A stretch of DNA of 64,000 nucleotides from a virus. The DNA is taken from IMG/VR virus record IMGVR_UViG_3300045988_117314, positions 1 through 64,000 of that record, one strand, 5' to 3'. Every line of letters begins with the position of its first letter. The stretch's first letter is position 1. The notes beneath the pieces are model-generated. The model saw only the letters and a program-made list of their open reading frames with translations. It was not told the DNA's origin and did no database searches. The translations under genes and the position numbers were made by a program. Of the stretch, positions 45,301-54,436 are shown piece by piece.

Positions 45301-48300
45301 TGAATGACAGGTGACCCCCCAACATAAGCGTCTTCAGCGCAGCTTCTCCTCCTGACTCGCTCTGGATCGTTCTTAATTTTTGCAAAAACGATTCTGATAC
45401 GGCATTAGTGACATTATTTGATTCTTTTCTCCAAACTTCATTTATGGCTTGTATTTCTTTAGCCATCTTAAGTTGGTCGCCGGTTTTTTCAACACGTCTG
45501 GTCCCTACATATATGTATTCCGAAGCTGCTTCCTTACGTTGTTTACGAAGCAGTCCTTCTTCTTCGTAGTTACTACTCTTATAGTAAGCAACCTCATCAA
45601 AATTACCACCGCTATCAATAAAAGGCTGCCTCAATATCCGTTTTTGCCGGGAAAGAGCATTAAGATACTCTTTAGTTGTTTGAGAAACCGGATACCCTAA
45701 TTCTTCTTCAGCCTTTTTGTATATGGATTCCATTCTTGTGGCATAACTTTCGCTAAATTCCAGTTCCGAATTTTCAGCATCCCACTTTTCCATCTGCTCT
45801 GTATAGATCTTTTCCTGCTCGATGGTAAAAATATCGGTATTAACCCTATCAGACGATGGTTTGAATTTAGCGTTTTCAGTAACCGTATTTCCATCCTTGT
45901 CAACTACTTCTCTTTTAAATACGTAATTACGGTTATTGTCAACCACATCACCAATTTCTTCTTCTGATATCTCTATGTTCATGGCAGTCGCAAACGCTCG
46001 CATCTGCGCCAGCTTCTTATTACGATCGTATTTAGCCATATCAAGAGCACTACGAAGGTAATTAGAAGTTTTGCCGTCTACTTTCTGAAGCAGTTTTTCA
46101 AATTCAGATTTGTTAAAACCATGCTTTTTCGCATATGCCAGGAAATCGGATATGGCGGGCTGGGCATTCACCATCGCATTGTAATTGTCTTTGGCAATCA
46201 TAGCTCCAAGAGCGTTATTGAACGGACTGGAAGAATGCTCTAATATACCGAACCACCTACTTATCCAAGAAACATCGTGTTGAACCTTGTCGAAAAATTC
46301 TTTTACTCTCTTTACCTTATCTGCCGGCACATGAAGTTCGTTCATTAACTTATCAAGCAACGTACTTTCATCAAGGTCTTGTACTGATTTAATATCAGAC
46401 TGAATACCATTGATGTCGGCAATGACGGTATTGATCCTATTTGTATAATCCTGCTTTTCACGTTCATCAAATTCGGTACTTCTGTTACGGATATATCCTC
46501 GAAGATCGTTCATGATCGGAAGAACCTGATTGTTGATAATATCTACGTTCTTTCGATCATTGGTATTGAAGTGAAGCTTACCGTCTTTGGTATCACCATG
46601 AAGGATGGTGTTCACCACATTGCTTAAGTATCTGACCTGAGCTTCGGCTGTAGAGATCATGCTGTTCATGGCAGCCGCCATCTCATTCTTGTCTATTTCG
46701 GTCTCTACCTTATTTATCTTATCTTCTATGGTCTTAAGCTGAGCAAGGGTCATAGACGTAGTTACAGCCCTATCAGAGCTTATCTGACGTAAGTCTCTTA
46801 ATGTTTTCCTTAATGCCAGGATCTTAGACTCAAGAAACTTGTTCTTGTTCATAGAAGAAAGGGAGTATAATGTAAAGTCATTATCCTTTAACAGAGAGGT
46901 GTCAAATCCTTTATCTATGTCAGTAATGGCAAGATCACGAATGTTTTTAATAACGTTATTCAAATCTTGTCTTTGGGTTGATAAAGCTGATTTAAGCCAG
47001 CTTACGATTCCAGAGAAAAGCTGCCGGACGCGCCCCAGGAAGGAGGTGGGCTCTACCGGCGCCTGTGCTGTGCCGGTCTGCATCTCCCTGGCGAGGATCT
47101 TTCCAAGAATTTCTCTCCTAACAGCATTATCAAGTTCAGAGCCTTCATATACCTTACCGTATGTATTATAATACTGACCTGCATACTGATTCCATTCTTC
47201 AGTGCCTTCTACATCTTGCAAAACAGATTCAACAGCATTCTGATCTCTGTACGCCTCTACGAGAAAGTGTGCTGTTTCTTCTACTAAGTCAGACAAAGTA
47301 GCATCTTCACCGACTGCTATTACGTTATTGGCAATATCCGCCAATGCCTTAGCAGAAGGTTTGTGTCCGTATTTAGTTTGGTACTTCTCTATATAATCGG
47401 TCATGCCAACGACACTAACGCCCAGCGTTTTCAGTATCTCAACAATAGAATTTCGTTGATTACGTTCCTCTTGGCTATAATCCGATACTATCTTAGCTTT
47501 AGTATCAGCATAAAGATCATTGTCTTCTAATATAAATGAAACTACAAGCGCATCAAAGTGATCGTATTTAGCATCCAATTCATTGTATCTTCCAGACTTA
47601 AGATCGCTCTTTATCTGCTCCTTGCTAACTCTTTCTGTTCCTCCGGTGGCGAGTCTCATAGTTACCTTACTATTATCCAATGAATTTATGGTTATCATAC
47701 CCTGGTCGTTCATGGAAACATCGGAACCAAAATGATTACGGAGCTCAGTGTAGGATAAGGCTGAATTGAAAAGTCTAATTTGTCCTGTATGTCCTTCTCC
47801 TGTAATATAATAGCTTCTTGTTTCCGGATCGAATATCTTGGATCCGGACAAAAGACCTTTCTTTATAAGGTAGTTAATTATACCACCTTTTGTTGATAAA
47901 GAAGTAGAAGCAGAAGCGGTCATGACCGGTATAAAAGACTTGGGATTATTAAGAACATACTTTCCAGCCTTGTAAGTAATGTCTGCCACGCCATCCACGG
48001 CAGATTCTTGAACGGTGCCGGATAAGAATCCTATTCTAATATCATTCCCTCCAGAGCGAAGAGCTTCTCCGTAATCTTCAAATAATTGACTACGATCGTT
48101 CATGAAAAACAAACGAGGCTCTCCAGTATGATACGTTACACCCACAGGATTAGAATCTGTCTGTGGTAACTCTTCTGGGCTAAATATCTTAAGACCGTCT
48201 TTTATAACCATATAATTAACACCCTTATCCTGTACCATAGATACGGGAGTGAAGTCCGAAGATATAGCATCTTGTAAATACTGCCCGGCGTCTATTCCAG

Positions 48301-48739
48301 GTCCTTCCGGTACGGAAATACTTGACGGAACCATAGCATCCACCAACATAATATTATCACCCAGATCTTGGCTGTAGAATCCAAAGCCCGATTCTCGGAT
48401 TCCATAAGGTGCATCTGATTTTGACACAAGAATAGGGTTGCTCATCTTAGAAGCCTTATCCAGTACCCTTTCTCTATAAGCTTCCGGAATAAGATCAATG
48501 TTGGATTTAACCTTATTATAAGCCGGTTTGTTGATAGGCACTCTCTTTCTCCAGTCGCCAAAATCCTTTAAGAACTTATTAGAAAATACGGTTTTAAAAA
48601 CAGTAGTAGCCCGTTCCCTGTTCTCCATAAGAGGAATAGATGCTATCTTATCAAACAACATAGACCTGTCCCCTGATCTGGTAGAGACAGAAACAACTTT
48701 CTTTTTATTATCTCTTTTAATAATACACGTTGATACCAT
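42326..48739 (-). CDS. giant protein (2137 aa), probable virion-associated or structural protein; function unknown
   Basis: Uninterrupted 6.4-kb ORF, ATG at 48739. No DxDGD or other polymerase signature found on reading. Contains a GC-rich patch at about 47020-47100. Confidence 0.8.
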   Translation of the reverse strand: MVSTCIIKRDNKKKVVSVSTRSGDRSMLFDKIASIPLMENRERATTVFKTVFSNKFLKDFGDWRKRVPINKPAYNKVKSNIDLIPEAYRERVLDKASKMSNPILVSKSDAPYGIRESGFGFYSQDLGDNIMLVDAMVPSSISVPEGPGIDAGQYLQDAISSDFTPVSMVQDKGVNYMVIKDGLKIFSPEELPQTDSNPVGVTYHTGEPRLFFMNDRSQLFEDYGEALRSGGNDIRIGFLSGTVQESAVDGVADITYKAGKYVLNNPKSFIPVMTASASTSLSTKGGIINYLIKKGLLSGSKIFDPETRSYYITGEGHTGQIRLFNSALSYTELRNHFGSDVSMNDQGMITINSLDNSKVTMRLATGGTERVSKEQIKSDLKSGRYNELDAKYDHFDALVVSFILEDNDLYADTKAKIVSDYSQEERNQRNSIVEILKTLGVSVVGMTDYIEKYQTKYGHKPSAKALADIANNVIAVGEDATLSDLVEETAHFLVEAYRDQNAVESVLQDVEGTEEWNQYAGQYYNTYGKVYEGSELDNAVRREILGKILAREMQTGTAQAPVEPTSFLGRVRQLFSGIVSWLKSALSTQRQDLNNVIKNIRDLAITDIDKGFDTSLLKDNDFTLYSLSSMNKNKFLESKILALRKTLRDLRQISSDRAVTTSMTLAQLKTIEDKINKVETEIDKNEMAAAMNSMISTAEAQVRYLSNVVNTILHGDTKDGKLHFNTNDRKNVDIINNQVLPIMNDLRGYIRNRSTEFDEREKQDYTNRINTVIADINGIQSDIKSVQDLDESTLLDKLMNELHVPADKVKRVKEFFDKVQHDVSWISRWFGILEHSSSPFNNALGAMIAKDNYNAMVNAQPAISDFLAYAKKHGFNKSEFEKLLQKVDGKTSNYLRSALDMAKYDRNKKLAQMRAFATAMNIEISEEEIGDVVDNNRNYVFKREVVDKDGNTVTENAKFKPSSDRVNTDIFTIEQEKIYTEQMEKWDAENSELEFSESYATRMESIYKKAEEELGYPVSQTTKEYLNALSRQKRILRQPFIDSGGNFDEVAYYKSSNYEEEGLLRKQRKEAASEYIYVGTRRVEKTGDQLKMAKEIQAINEVWRKESNNVTNAVSESFLQKLRTIQSESGGEAALKTLMLGGHLSFNDRFWNDVESEQSARTESNNKASYLKMAHDIISSTTSDRDATDVDSIVKDIEKNKAIIKEIIGNNRDVADIGEINEATFTSSERDAFRAASEAIEADYAILIDYAKMVGLEDIDKYLTKSSKAENEVNQSYLNALADSKEIEWQFAQRHTTAKKAKRIQALRDKLFMAQDNRYMFTVSETNYLSEKLGIDKKLDRRDFRNAVRAKMSDIFGHDNGVAEVNDIVNEFARSQVFSYYKRMAPTGYAAMIDKIGRGEIDVAQMVKDVQNGTSTQDYSMDISYLSFDPARAWVAESEAENSGRNPDYVKDHGYGHRMPKKSLYRDESYFNDFGIKYDADGNEVATKNVEQWNMIQKLKEIKRQSLDLYKEQSPNLYAIPQISKQDIERVEGLGINFKNTVRNFVSDLCLDRVDDSLYGKTRQGEVYDPEDRLRSIPKYYIYELENQDDVSHDFGYSYSMLMMQSSLYNEKQKSIELAQGLEQMLLNKQFEGGKKAEATQAYQMFRDFFNDHYYGIRMNTKKLTVNIGGYTVDLTRIMMAVERFMSVMNLALSPFVAATGALTGHINLIMESAVGQYISKNSLKYASAEFSRLAPSCIAETGDIDRKSKLYVIGERMGIFNIRNRMYGAGYNRVARTLMRSPMYAFMEILNYPLDPQVMIATMDNVRYYKGRFYTFQDFKMEKERNKEQSTIKREWNALKDRTLWSMVDVVDGKVVVKPGSGVTVEEVETQMAITRNQVRSLSQICNGSLNEENRTAASRNWIARFMTAHRGWLVLAAQRLWKSRGFNFQTMQEEEGLSITLKNMIAKTFSLASESGMKNIIDAWNENKDNMNEVEKTNLKRLSVYAGTFLIMQAVSMLLAGWRDDDENEESWLTQFGSYVGFRTINEIASQMPFIMELNVVDIINDPFVMGRKLKDLTDLRNYSLDKVTSGTYKGESKLFRQLAKQTFIKQWYNIKTPEDVARAYNWWQQTNNKSMMFFIGATPDSEGDDDVSYK

Positions 48740-48858
48740 GATAAAACATTTTTGTTATGAGACAAAGGTAGTTAAAAATAAAGCATATCATAAAAAATAA
48801 AGCCACCTAACTTCTCAGTCTGATGGCTTAAAAATAATATGAAAAAAAAATTATAATC

Positions 48859-48874
48859 TGACGAAAAATCGTCA
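48859..48874 (-). terminator. short hairpin TGACGA-AAAA-TCGTCA followed (on - strand) by a T9 run
   Basis: Perfect 6-bp stem with 4-nt loop; T-run = A9 at 48842-48850 on +. The 9-nt spacer between hairpin and U-run is longer than ideal. Confidence 0.3.
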
Positions 48875-48882
48875 AGTTCAGC

Positions 48883-49206
48883 TTATATGTAATGCATGTA
48901 CCCATCTCGGTGTATAAACCTTCCCGATTCAAAGCGCTCAATATCTTCAGGGCAAATAGGGCCCGAATCCTCTCTCCTGGCTTCAAACCAAAGCCCCGGC
49001 TTACGAAGTCGGCAAGTTATGATATAATTGAAGCAATTGTGCGTAAAATGGAAAACAGATCCTACAGGGAAATACCTATCAGCTTGAAATACGATTCTTT
49101 TTCGTTTAGTATCAAACGTGATATCTCCTACTATCTTAGCCACGTAATAGCTTCTGCCATTTAACGTTTCATCTGTTTGTGGTATCCAATAATAACCTCT
49201 TGCCAT
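48883..49206 (-). CDS. hypothetical protein (107 aa)
   Basis: ATG at 49206 (MARGYYWIP). The ORF-track start at 49275 is TTG and would include the terminator hairpin at 49226-49250. Confidence 0.45.
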   Translation of the reverse strand: MARGYYWIPQTDETLNGRSYYVAKIVGDITFDTKRKRIVFQADRYFPVGSVFHFTHNCFNYIITCRLRKPGLWFEARREDSGPICPEDIERFESGRFIHRDGYMHYI

Positions 49207-49225
49207 GCCACAAATATATAAAAAA

Positions 49226-49250
49226 AGTCGGACAAGACACATGTCCGACT
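49226..49250 (-). terminator. intrinsic terminator: 9-bp stem AGTCGGACA/TGTCCGACT, 7-nt loop, U-run on - strand
   Basis: Perfect inverted repeat. On the - strand it is followed by TTTTTTTATATA (+ strand A-run 49214-49225). Downstream of - gene 49416..49733. Confidence 0.5.
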
Positions 49251-49415
49251 TTATATTACTTTGATTCGTTTTCAAACCGCTTTATAAGAGAAGCAATATC
49301 ATCACCACAAATAAACATCATTCGACGTTCTTCTTTTGGTTTATGAGACACTGGAATGGTTTTGTTTATCTTAATCTGATTCGCCAGACCTCTGCCTAAA
49401 CGAATATCAACTTTT

Positions 49416-49733
49416 TTACCTTTCATGAATTATTTGTTTAAACAGACCAATTCCATCTATTATAATATGACCGCTTTGCATACGACCATTATTAGGATTA
49501 TGTAGAAAATTGAAACCACTTTCTTTTTCCTGTCTTTCAAAAGAACTGATATCCTTTCCTCTACGGGCTCTTTCAAAAGCTTTCTTGAACAACTTGCCTC
49601 TAAAGGTCTTGACGAGGATCTTGGTAGCGTTATTGCCGGCTTTTACCATTGCTTTCCTTGCCTGGTCCTCCGAGACAAAACTGCTTCGGAAAATATACGA
49701 TGCTGCTGCTTGTATATCTTGTTTAGTAATCAT
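49416..49733 (-). CDS. hypothetical protein (105 aa)
   Basis: ATG 49733, ATGA-coupled to the upstream gene. Confidence 0.5.
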   Translation of the reverse strand: MITKQDIQAAASYIFRSSFVSEDQARKAMVKAGNNATKILVKTFRGKLFKKAFERARRGKDISSFERQEKESGFNFLHNPNNGRMQSGHIIIDGIGLFKQIIHER

Positions 49734-50080
49734 ATGACAAACATTTCTTTCAAGATACTATTTTGTATGCTATATATCAATTTCATCCCATCTCTATCAT
49801 ATACGTCAAAAAAGGATTCACTTAAGTTCTTTGGATTTACATTCAGTTGAATTATGCAATTACCGGTATAAACCTTAATTCCGTAATTATCAGAGTATAT
49901 ATCTTGCATAGTCTCAAATGTCTCAATTAAATTTTCAACAAGGACTCTGTTAAATGAAAAAGGTTCTTTACCATCACCTTTAAATGTGATATGATCTAAA
50001 TCCCTGTTGTCAAATTCATAATTTAATTGATTGCCGTCCATCATATTATAAATGATTGACTTTCTGATTATAAATCCCAT
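49730..50080 (-). CDS. hypothetical protein (116 aa)
   Basis: ATG 50080. Confidence 0.5.
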   Translation of the reverse strand: MGFIIRKSIIYNMMDGNQLNYEFDNRDLDHITFKGDGKEPFSFNRVLVENLIETFETMQDIYSDNYGIKVYTGNCIIQLNVNPKNLSESFFDVYDRDGMKLIYSIQNSILKEMFVI

Positions 50081-50097
50081 ATTGTTTTATTTTTTAG

Positions 50098-50403
50098 TTA
50101 ATACAAATCTTCTGAATACAACTGTTCTCTAATGGCATTCCTATCTACCACCATCTCCTGATTATTGTTTCTAACAAGTTCAGACGCTTCCTCTCTTGTT
50201 AAAAACCGATTCTTGCTTGTCAAAAATCCTTGAACACTGCGGTTTTTATGGGCTATACCGTATGCCGCAAGTTGAGATAGTATAGAGGGGTGTCTCAATC
50301 CACAGAACACGGTTCCGGATGGTATATTGGTGGGCTGATAGGGACGCTTCTTGCCGTCCTGCACCCAGATGGCAGCGCATATCACGATTTCTTTATTGCA
50401 CAT
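50098..50403 (-). CDS. hypothetical protein (101 aa)
   Basis: ATG 50403. Confidence 0.5.
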   Translation of the reverse strand: MCNKEIVICAAIWVQDGKKRPYQPTNIPSGTVFCGLRHPSILSQLAAYGIAHKNRSVQGFLTSKNRFLTREEASELVRNNNQEMVVDRNAIREQLYSEDLY

Positions 50404-50405
50404 GA

Positions 50406-50681
50406 CTATAAATTTAATATTCCGTTTTTACCAATATGTTTCTTTTCTTCTTCAGTAGGCCATTCTTTCTTGAACTTACCGTGCCACGTTCCAGGAACTA
50501 CCACCACTTCGCCTCCCTTACTATATTCAATAGCGGCACATTCAGAACAAAGAGGCTTGCCTTCATATCCCTTTAGCGACTTATCGTAAATACGATTCTT
50601 ACAAGGTCTTATAAGAGCCCAGTAATATGATGTGGCTGTATTATCTATACAGCCACATTTTGAACATACAAACAAACTCAT
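50406..50681 (-). CDS. zinc-ribbon protein (CSKCGC...CSEC)
   Basis: ATG 50681; two CxxC pairs. Confidence 0.5.
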   Translation of the reverse strand: MSLFVCSKCGCIDNTATSYYWALIRPCKNRIYDKSLKGYEGKPLCSECAAIEYSKGGEVVVVPGTWHGKFKKEWPTEEEKKHIGKNGILNL

Positions 50682-51541
50682 CCCGCAATCTCCCAGTCAT
50701 TAGACATAATATCATGTTCGGTTGGATTCCAATTTGATGCTACTTTTTGACCTGTATCTACCATCAATATATTTACGTCAAACATACAGATATACTTTTT
50801 ACCCCAATCGATTCTTTTTATCTTACGACCTAATTTAAGCCGTTCTAAAGCCTGTTCGAATGTCATGCCACGACGAGGCAGTTTGAGATACTTTTTAAGT
50901 CTGTCGGCAGCTTCATTTGGTGTATGGCCATCGTATTCGAAAGCGGTTTCTCTTTCAGGAACATCAAACAAATCCCAGTATTTGCTTTCATAGTGATTAG
51001 ATACCTGACCGGTAGGCAGGATCGCCATCACAATAAACCAATCATCAGAACCGAAGCATTTTTCTCCGTCGCTGTGTCTCCTTGATTTGCAAACTTCAAC
51101 CTGTCCGCTTCTGGCTAATAGATTAAAGAAGGCAGCGTTATACAACATGCTATACCGATACAATTCATTGAAAGTGTGGTATCCGTCAGAGACTTCTCCC
51201 ACGTCTACAGGCTTCTTGTTTTGAATACTACCCAAAATCTTCTCTACATAGAGCTGTATTTTATACAGACCCATTTCGGTGTGGCCGTATTTGTTCAAGA
51301 TATTATTGACATCGTATTGTATATTAAAATCTTTTTCAAATTCTACTTCAGGATGATTAGGATAGAAGTAATCTACTGATGCTTCTAACACTGACTTTAC
51401 GTGTTCTATTATCCTCGTAGCATCATCATGTTTAAAAAAATGCTTAAATCTTTCAACGAATTTAATATCTTCGTTGATTGCTGATTCGAACTCTTCTTTT
51501 GTCATTACTCTAACCACATCTTTAAAATCTTTTAATTCCAT
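50678..51541 (-). CDS. protein with C-terminal DUF2829-like domain (domain family of Thoeris anti-defence Tad2); N-terminal ~220 aa unknown
   Basis: C-terminus MTFEQALERLKLGRKIKRIDWGKKYICMFD...NWNPTEHDIMSNDWEIA matches the recalled DUF2829 pattern (MtFeeAl.alk.Gkkv.R..W....yi........w.ps..Dlla.DWei). Confidence 0.45.
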   Translation of the reverse strand: MELKDFKDVVRVMTKEEFESAINEDIKFVERFKHFFKHDDATRIIEHVKSVLEASVDYFYPNHPEVEFEKDFNIQYDVNNILNKYGHTEMGLYKIQLYVEKILGSIQNKKPVDVGEVSDGYHTFNELYRYSMLYNAAFFNLLARSGQVEVCKSRRHSDGEKCFGSDDWFIVMAILPTGQVSNHYESKYWDLFDVPERETAFEYDGHTPNEAADRLKKYLKLPRRGMTFEQALERLKLGRKIKRIDWGKKYICMFDVNILMVDTGQKVASNWNPTEHDIMSNDWEIAG

Positions 51542-51564
51542 GATTTGTTTTAAATTAATTGTTA

Positions 51565-52200
51565 CTATACTTTCTTTATCCTACAATACAAACCCCACAA
51601 AAACTCAGCGGAGAAACTATCCCATACATTATTCTTCTGCCAAAGTTCTACTTTGTTAACAAACCAAGACCATATGGGACCCTCATATGAAGAATCAGAT
51701 GATGATCCCAATCCGATTTTCTCCATTTCATTCGCCACATCAGAATAAGGATCTAAATCGACTCCCCTAATCATGTTAATAATATCATCCTTGTCTAACG
51801 TGAATTGAAACCGCTCCTTGTTAGTAGGCGGATCTTGATTCAATTTACCAGTCGCAAGCCATTCTCCATCATGATACAATTCGGCAAGTTTCTTTACCTT
51901 ATTTTTAAGAAAAGAATACTCTTGTGTGACTTCTATAAAATCAGCTTCGTTAGCTTTACCTTCTATGAAGATAACGGTTTTGCTTCCAAGTCTATGATCG
52001 TCTAAGCTTGCCGGGATTCCCAATATCGTCCATCCTTTAAACTCAGCTATCTTAAAACGCATAACGTCAAACACCTTATAGAAATCATCACAATCTACAG
52101 ATTCTATTACCTTAATATCCTCTTCTGTGAATTTACCTCGTATTGGAATAACGTGATGACCGGGGCAGCCATCGGTTCCGAAATATGCGATTCTAACCAC
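51565..52200 (-). CDS. hypothetical protein (211 aa); GTG start
   Basis: Maximal ORF begins with GTG at 52200 and there is no in-frame ATG near the N-terminus. Confidence 0.45.
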   Translation of the reverse strand: MVRIAYFGTDGCPGHHVIPIRGKFTEEDIKVIESVDCDDFYKVFDVMRFKIAEFKGWTILGIPASLDDHRLGSKTVIFIEGKANEADFIEVTQEYSFLKNKVKKLAELYHDGEWLATGKLNQDPPTNKERFQFTLDKDDIINMIRGVDLDPYSDVANEMEKIGLGSSSDSSYEGPIWSWFVNKVELWQKNNVWDSFSAEFLWGLYCRIKKV

Positions 52201-52220
52201 GATATTTACAATATTTTAAT

Positions 52221-52436
52221 TTATTTTGCTAAAACATTCATATAACATGGCACATCTACCACATCTCTTCTACGAAGTCCCTTATCAAAATAGGAAACCA
52301 TATAAGTATTTTTACCTTCGTGATCAGGTCTGGGATCAAAACATTCAAAAACGAATCTTGTTATACCTTCCAAATGACCAAGCATGAAAACAAATTCGCC
52401 ACTGTATCTTTTATTAGCCAATTCTTCTACAGTCAT
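52221..52436 (-). CDS. hypothetical protein (71 aa)
   Basis: ATG 52436, ATGA-coupled. Confidence 0.4.
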   Translation of the reverse strand: MTVEELANKRYSGEFVFMLGHLEGITRFVFECFDPRPDHEGKNTYMVSYFDKGLRRRDVVDVPCYMNVLAK

Positions 52437-52660
52437 AATCTGTCCCCTCCTAATCCTGAATTGATGCTAACATACTTAACACGGACATCATTTCCACGTC
52501 CAAGCTGACCCCAGCCGGGCGATGGCGTTCCCTTGGCCGGAGCAGGGACAGCCCTAAGCCGAGACCAGTCCTGCTTTTGCCTCATGGCTTCAGCCTCTTT
52601 GTAATACCGGTTACACAGTTCTTGATCCTCGTAACCAACGTAATCTTCCTTATTTTCCAT
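52433..52660 (-). CDS. hypothetical protein (75 aa)
   Basis: ATG 52660; includes a GC-rich patch at 52490-52580. Confidence 0.4.
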   Translation of the reverse strand: MENKEDYVGYEDQELCNRYYKEAEAMRQKQDWSRLRAVPAPAKGTPSPGWGQLGRGNDVRVKYVSINSGLGGDRL

Positions 52661-52740
52661 ATAGAATACTTTTTCAACAAAAGTACGACATTCATGAATT
52701 AATTAGATTTAAAATAAAACAATATGAATTAAAATAAAAA

Positions 52741-52765
52741 CCCGATACGTTAAAATCGCATCGGG
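52741..52765 (-). terminator. intrinsic terminator on the - strand: CCCGAUGCG-AUUUUAA-CGUAUCGGG, then a U-rich tract
   Basis: Inverted repeat CCCGATACG...CGCATCGGG. The single mismatch becomes a G-U pair in the - strand RNA. A/T-rich run downstream on the - strand (52700-52740). Confidence 0.5.
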
Positions 52766-53052
52766 CCTGGTATTGAAAAAAATAGGTTCAGATCTTGGGT
52801 AAAGATTCGAGCCAATTTTTAACATCTTTATATTTAGGGTCTTTGTCTATTCTATCTTTCAGTTCATGCAATGCTGAGTCCATAACCGTATTCGGTACGC
52901 CAATCAACTCTCCTATTAAATACAATGGGGTTTTATTCGATTTAGATTCGTGTGCTATATTCATATCCCAAAAAAAGTTATGTGAAACAAACCGGCCACG
53001 GGTATTCTATTGCCCGCCGACCGGTATAATATTTTTATTCCTTTTTTTCCAA

Positions 53053-53078
53053 ACGGGAAAAACGGGAATGCGGGAATC
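53053..53078. repeat. three direct copies of CGGGAA at 8-9 bp spacing (CGGGAAAAA CGGGAATG CGGGAATC)
   Basis: Read directly in the 470-bp non-coding region 52661-53128. Confidence 0.4.
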
Positions 53079-53128
53079 ATATTTTTTACTATGGCTCCCG
53101 CACCACCGGAAGGACCTGGATCTGGATC

Positions 53129-53422
53129 TCAGGTCAGATCCTTCCAGTTTATTTTTTCGCCGAGGTAATCTTGCACGGCAAGCCATCTTATAAAGGCTAC
53201 TCCTTCGGGAGCATCCGGATCATCCAAATACATTAACGTAGCTTTCACCAACTCGTTCTCACATTTGAAGACCTTCGGAAAACCATCCGAATAGTACATT
53301 GCAAAGACATATTGGACATCGCCCCATGTCGCTTTATCCGGCTTCTTCGCTCCGCACTTTTCAAAAATATCTTTTATTTCCGGCTGCTTCCAGATCCTCT
53401 TGGATCCATCGACGTTGACCAT
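53129..53422 (-). CDS. hypothetical protein (97 aa)
   Basis: ATG 53422. Confidence 0.5.
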   Translation of the reverse strand: MVNVDGSKRIWKQPEIKDIFEKCGAKKPDKATWGDVQYVFAMYYSDGFPKVFKCENELVKATLMYLDDPDAPEGVAFIRWLAVQDYLGEKINWKDLT

Positions 53423-53515
53423 CTTCTTTACCGCCTCATCAGCGAGAGCATTAGAAAAATGGTAGCCGTAAGTATCTACATATTTCTGATAAGCTGGATC
53501 CTCTGCGTCTGCTCC

Positions 53516-53884
53516 TCAATAAGAACGACCTCTGCCACGTCCGCGACCTCTACGCATCTGAGGTCCGTCACCGTAGTATCTGTCGTCTCCATAGTAATCG
53601 GTCGGGTAGGATTCGTAACCCATCCTCCGGTATTCCCGGTCCTCCATTTCATGACGACGTTCGCGCTCTTCAAGCCTTCTTTCCCTTTCTTCCAGCTCGT
53701 TTTCGCGTTCTTCCATTTCCTTCATCTTCTCATGCATACCGTAATGGTCGTAAATACCACCACCGTACCCCATGTACGTCCCATCAGAACGCCGGCTTCT
53801 GCCTCTGCCTCCACCTCGTCTGTCTTCTATCTCGTCATATCCAGGATATTCTCTGTGTCCTGAATTTAAATCATATACTATCAT
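53516..53884 (-). CDS. Arg/Gly/Glu-rich protein (RGG/RGR repeats, ERERRLEERERR)
   Basis: ATG 53884; low-complexity RG-rich termini typical of nucleic-acid-binding proteins. Confidence 0.5.
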   Translation of the reverse strand: MIVYDLNSGHREYPGYDEIEDRRGGGRGRSRRSDGTYMGYGGGIYDHYGMHEKMKEMEERENELEERERRLEERERRHEMEDREYRRMGYESYPTDYYGDDRYYGDGPQMRRGRGRGRGRSY

Positions 53885-53891
53885 ATTACAC

Positions 53892-54380
53892 TTATTTCAA
53901 ACGTTCTACAATTAACTTCTTTAAATCTTCGAATGAATCAGTAAGGTCATTCACCTTATTTTCTATACCAGCTATTTTACGATCCTGCTCTCTCGTTTGT
54001 TTGAATGCCGGATTGATGTCTTCTAATATAGATTCACAAGCCTCTATCTTGGCACGATGGGCATCTACGCTGTTTATTATGTCTTGACTGGTGTTTTTTA
54101 TAGCATTCAGTTCGTTCATAATCGGATCTATGCTGGTAGATAATGTTATGCCCATAGCCTTAGCCACATTCTGGGATTCCGGGACCGTATAGGTCTTGGT
54201 TTCGCCAGTGAGCTCTACCGTCAGATCCACCACGCGGGTCTGCATCGCCTGATACTGACCTGGCTGAGGAGGAAGATACCTGGGTTCGGATACGGCTACT
54301 ACCTTTCCCAATTCGTATTTAGGTACTGTATTAGTATCAAGGGTATGTACCTGAAACCCTTTCTTCAAATCTGAAAACAT
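53892..54380 (-). CDS. hypothetical protein (162 aa), C-terminal coiled coil
   Basis: ATG 54380; the ORF-track start at 54386 is TTG. Confidence 0.5.
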   Translation of the reverse strand: MFSDLKKGFQVHTLDTNTVPKYELGKVVAVSEPRYLPPQPGQYQAMQTRVVDLTVELTGETKTYTVPESQNVAKAMGITLSTSIDPIMNELNAIKNTSQDIINSVDAHRAKIEACESILEDINPAFKQTREQDRKIAGIENKVNDLTDSFEDLKKLIVERLK

Positions 54381-54436
54381 GATCAAAATATTAGTTAGGT
54401 GAAAATAGGGTGATGATCTTCATCACCCTACTGAAA

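Noticed and set aside
42326-48739. The 2137-aa protein as a crAss-like or N4-like virion RNA polymerase.
   Set aside because: Reading the translation finds no DxDGD (double-psi beta-barrel) catalytic motif and no other polymerase signature. It is left as a structural or virion protein of unknown function.
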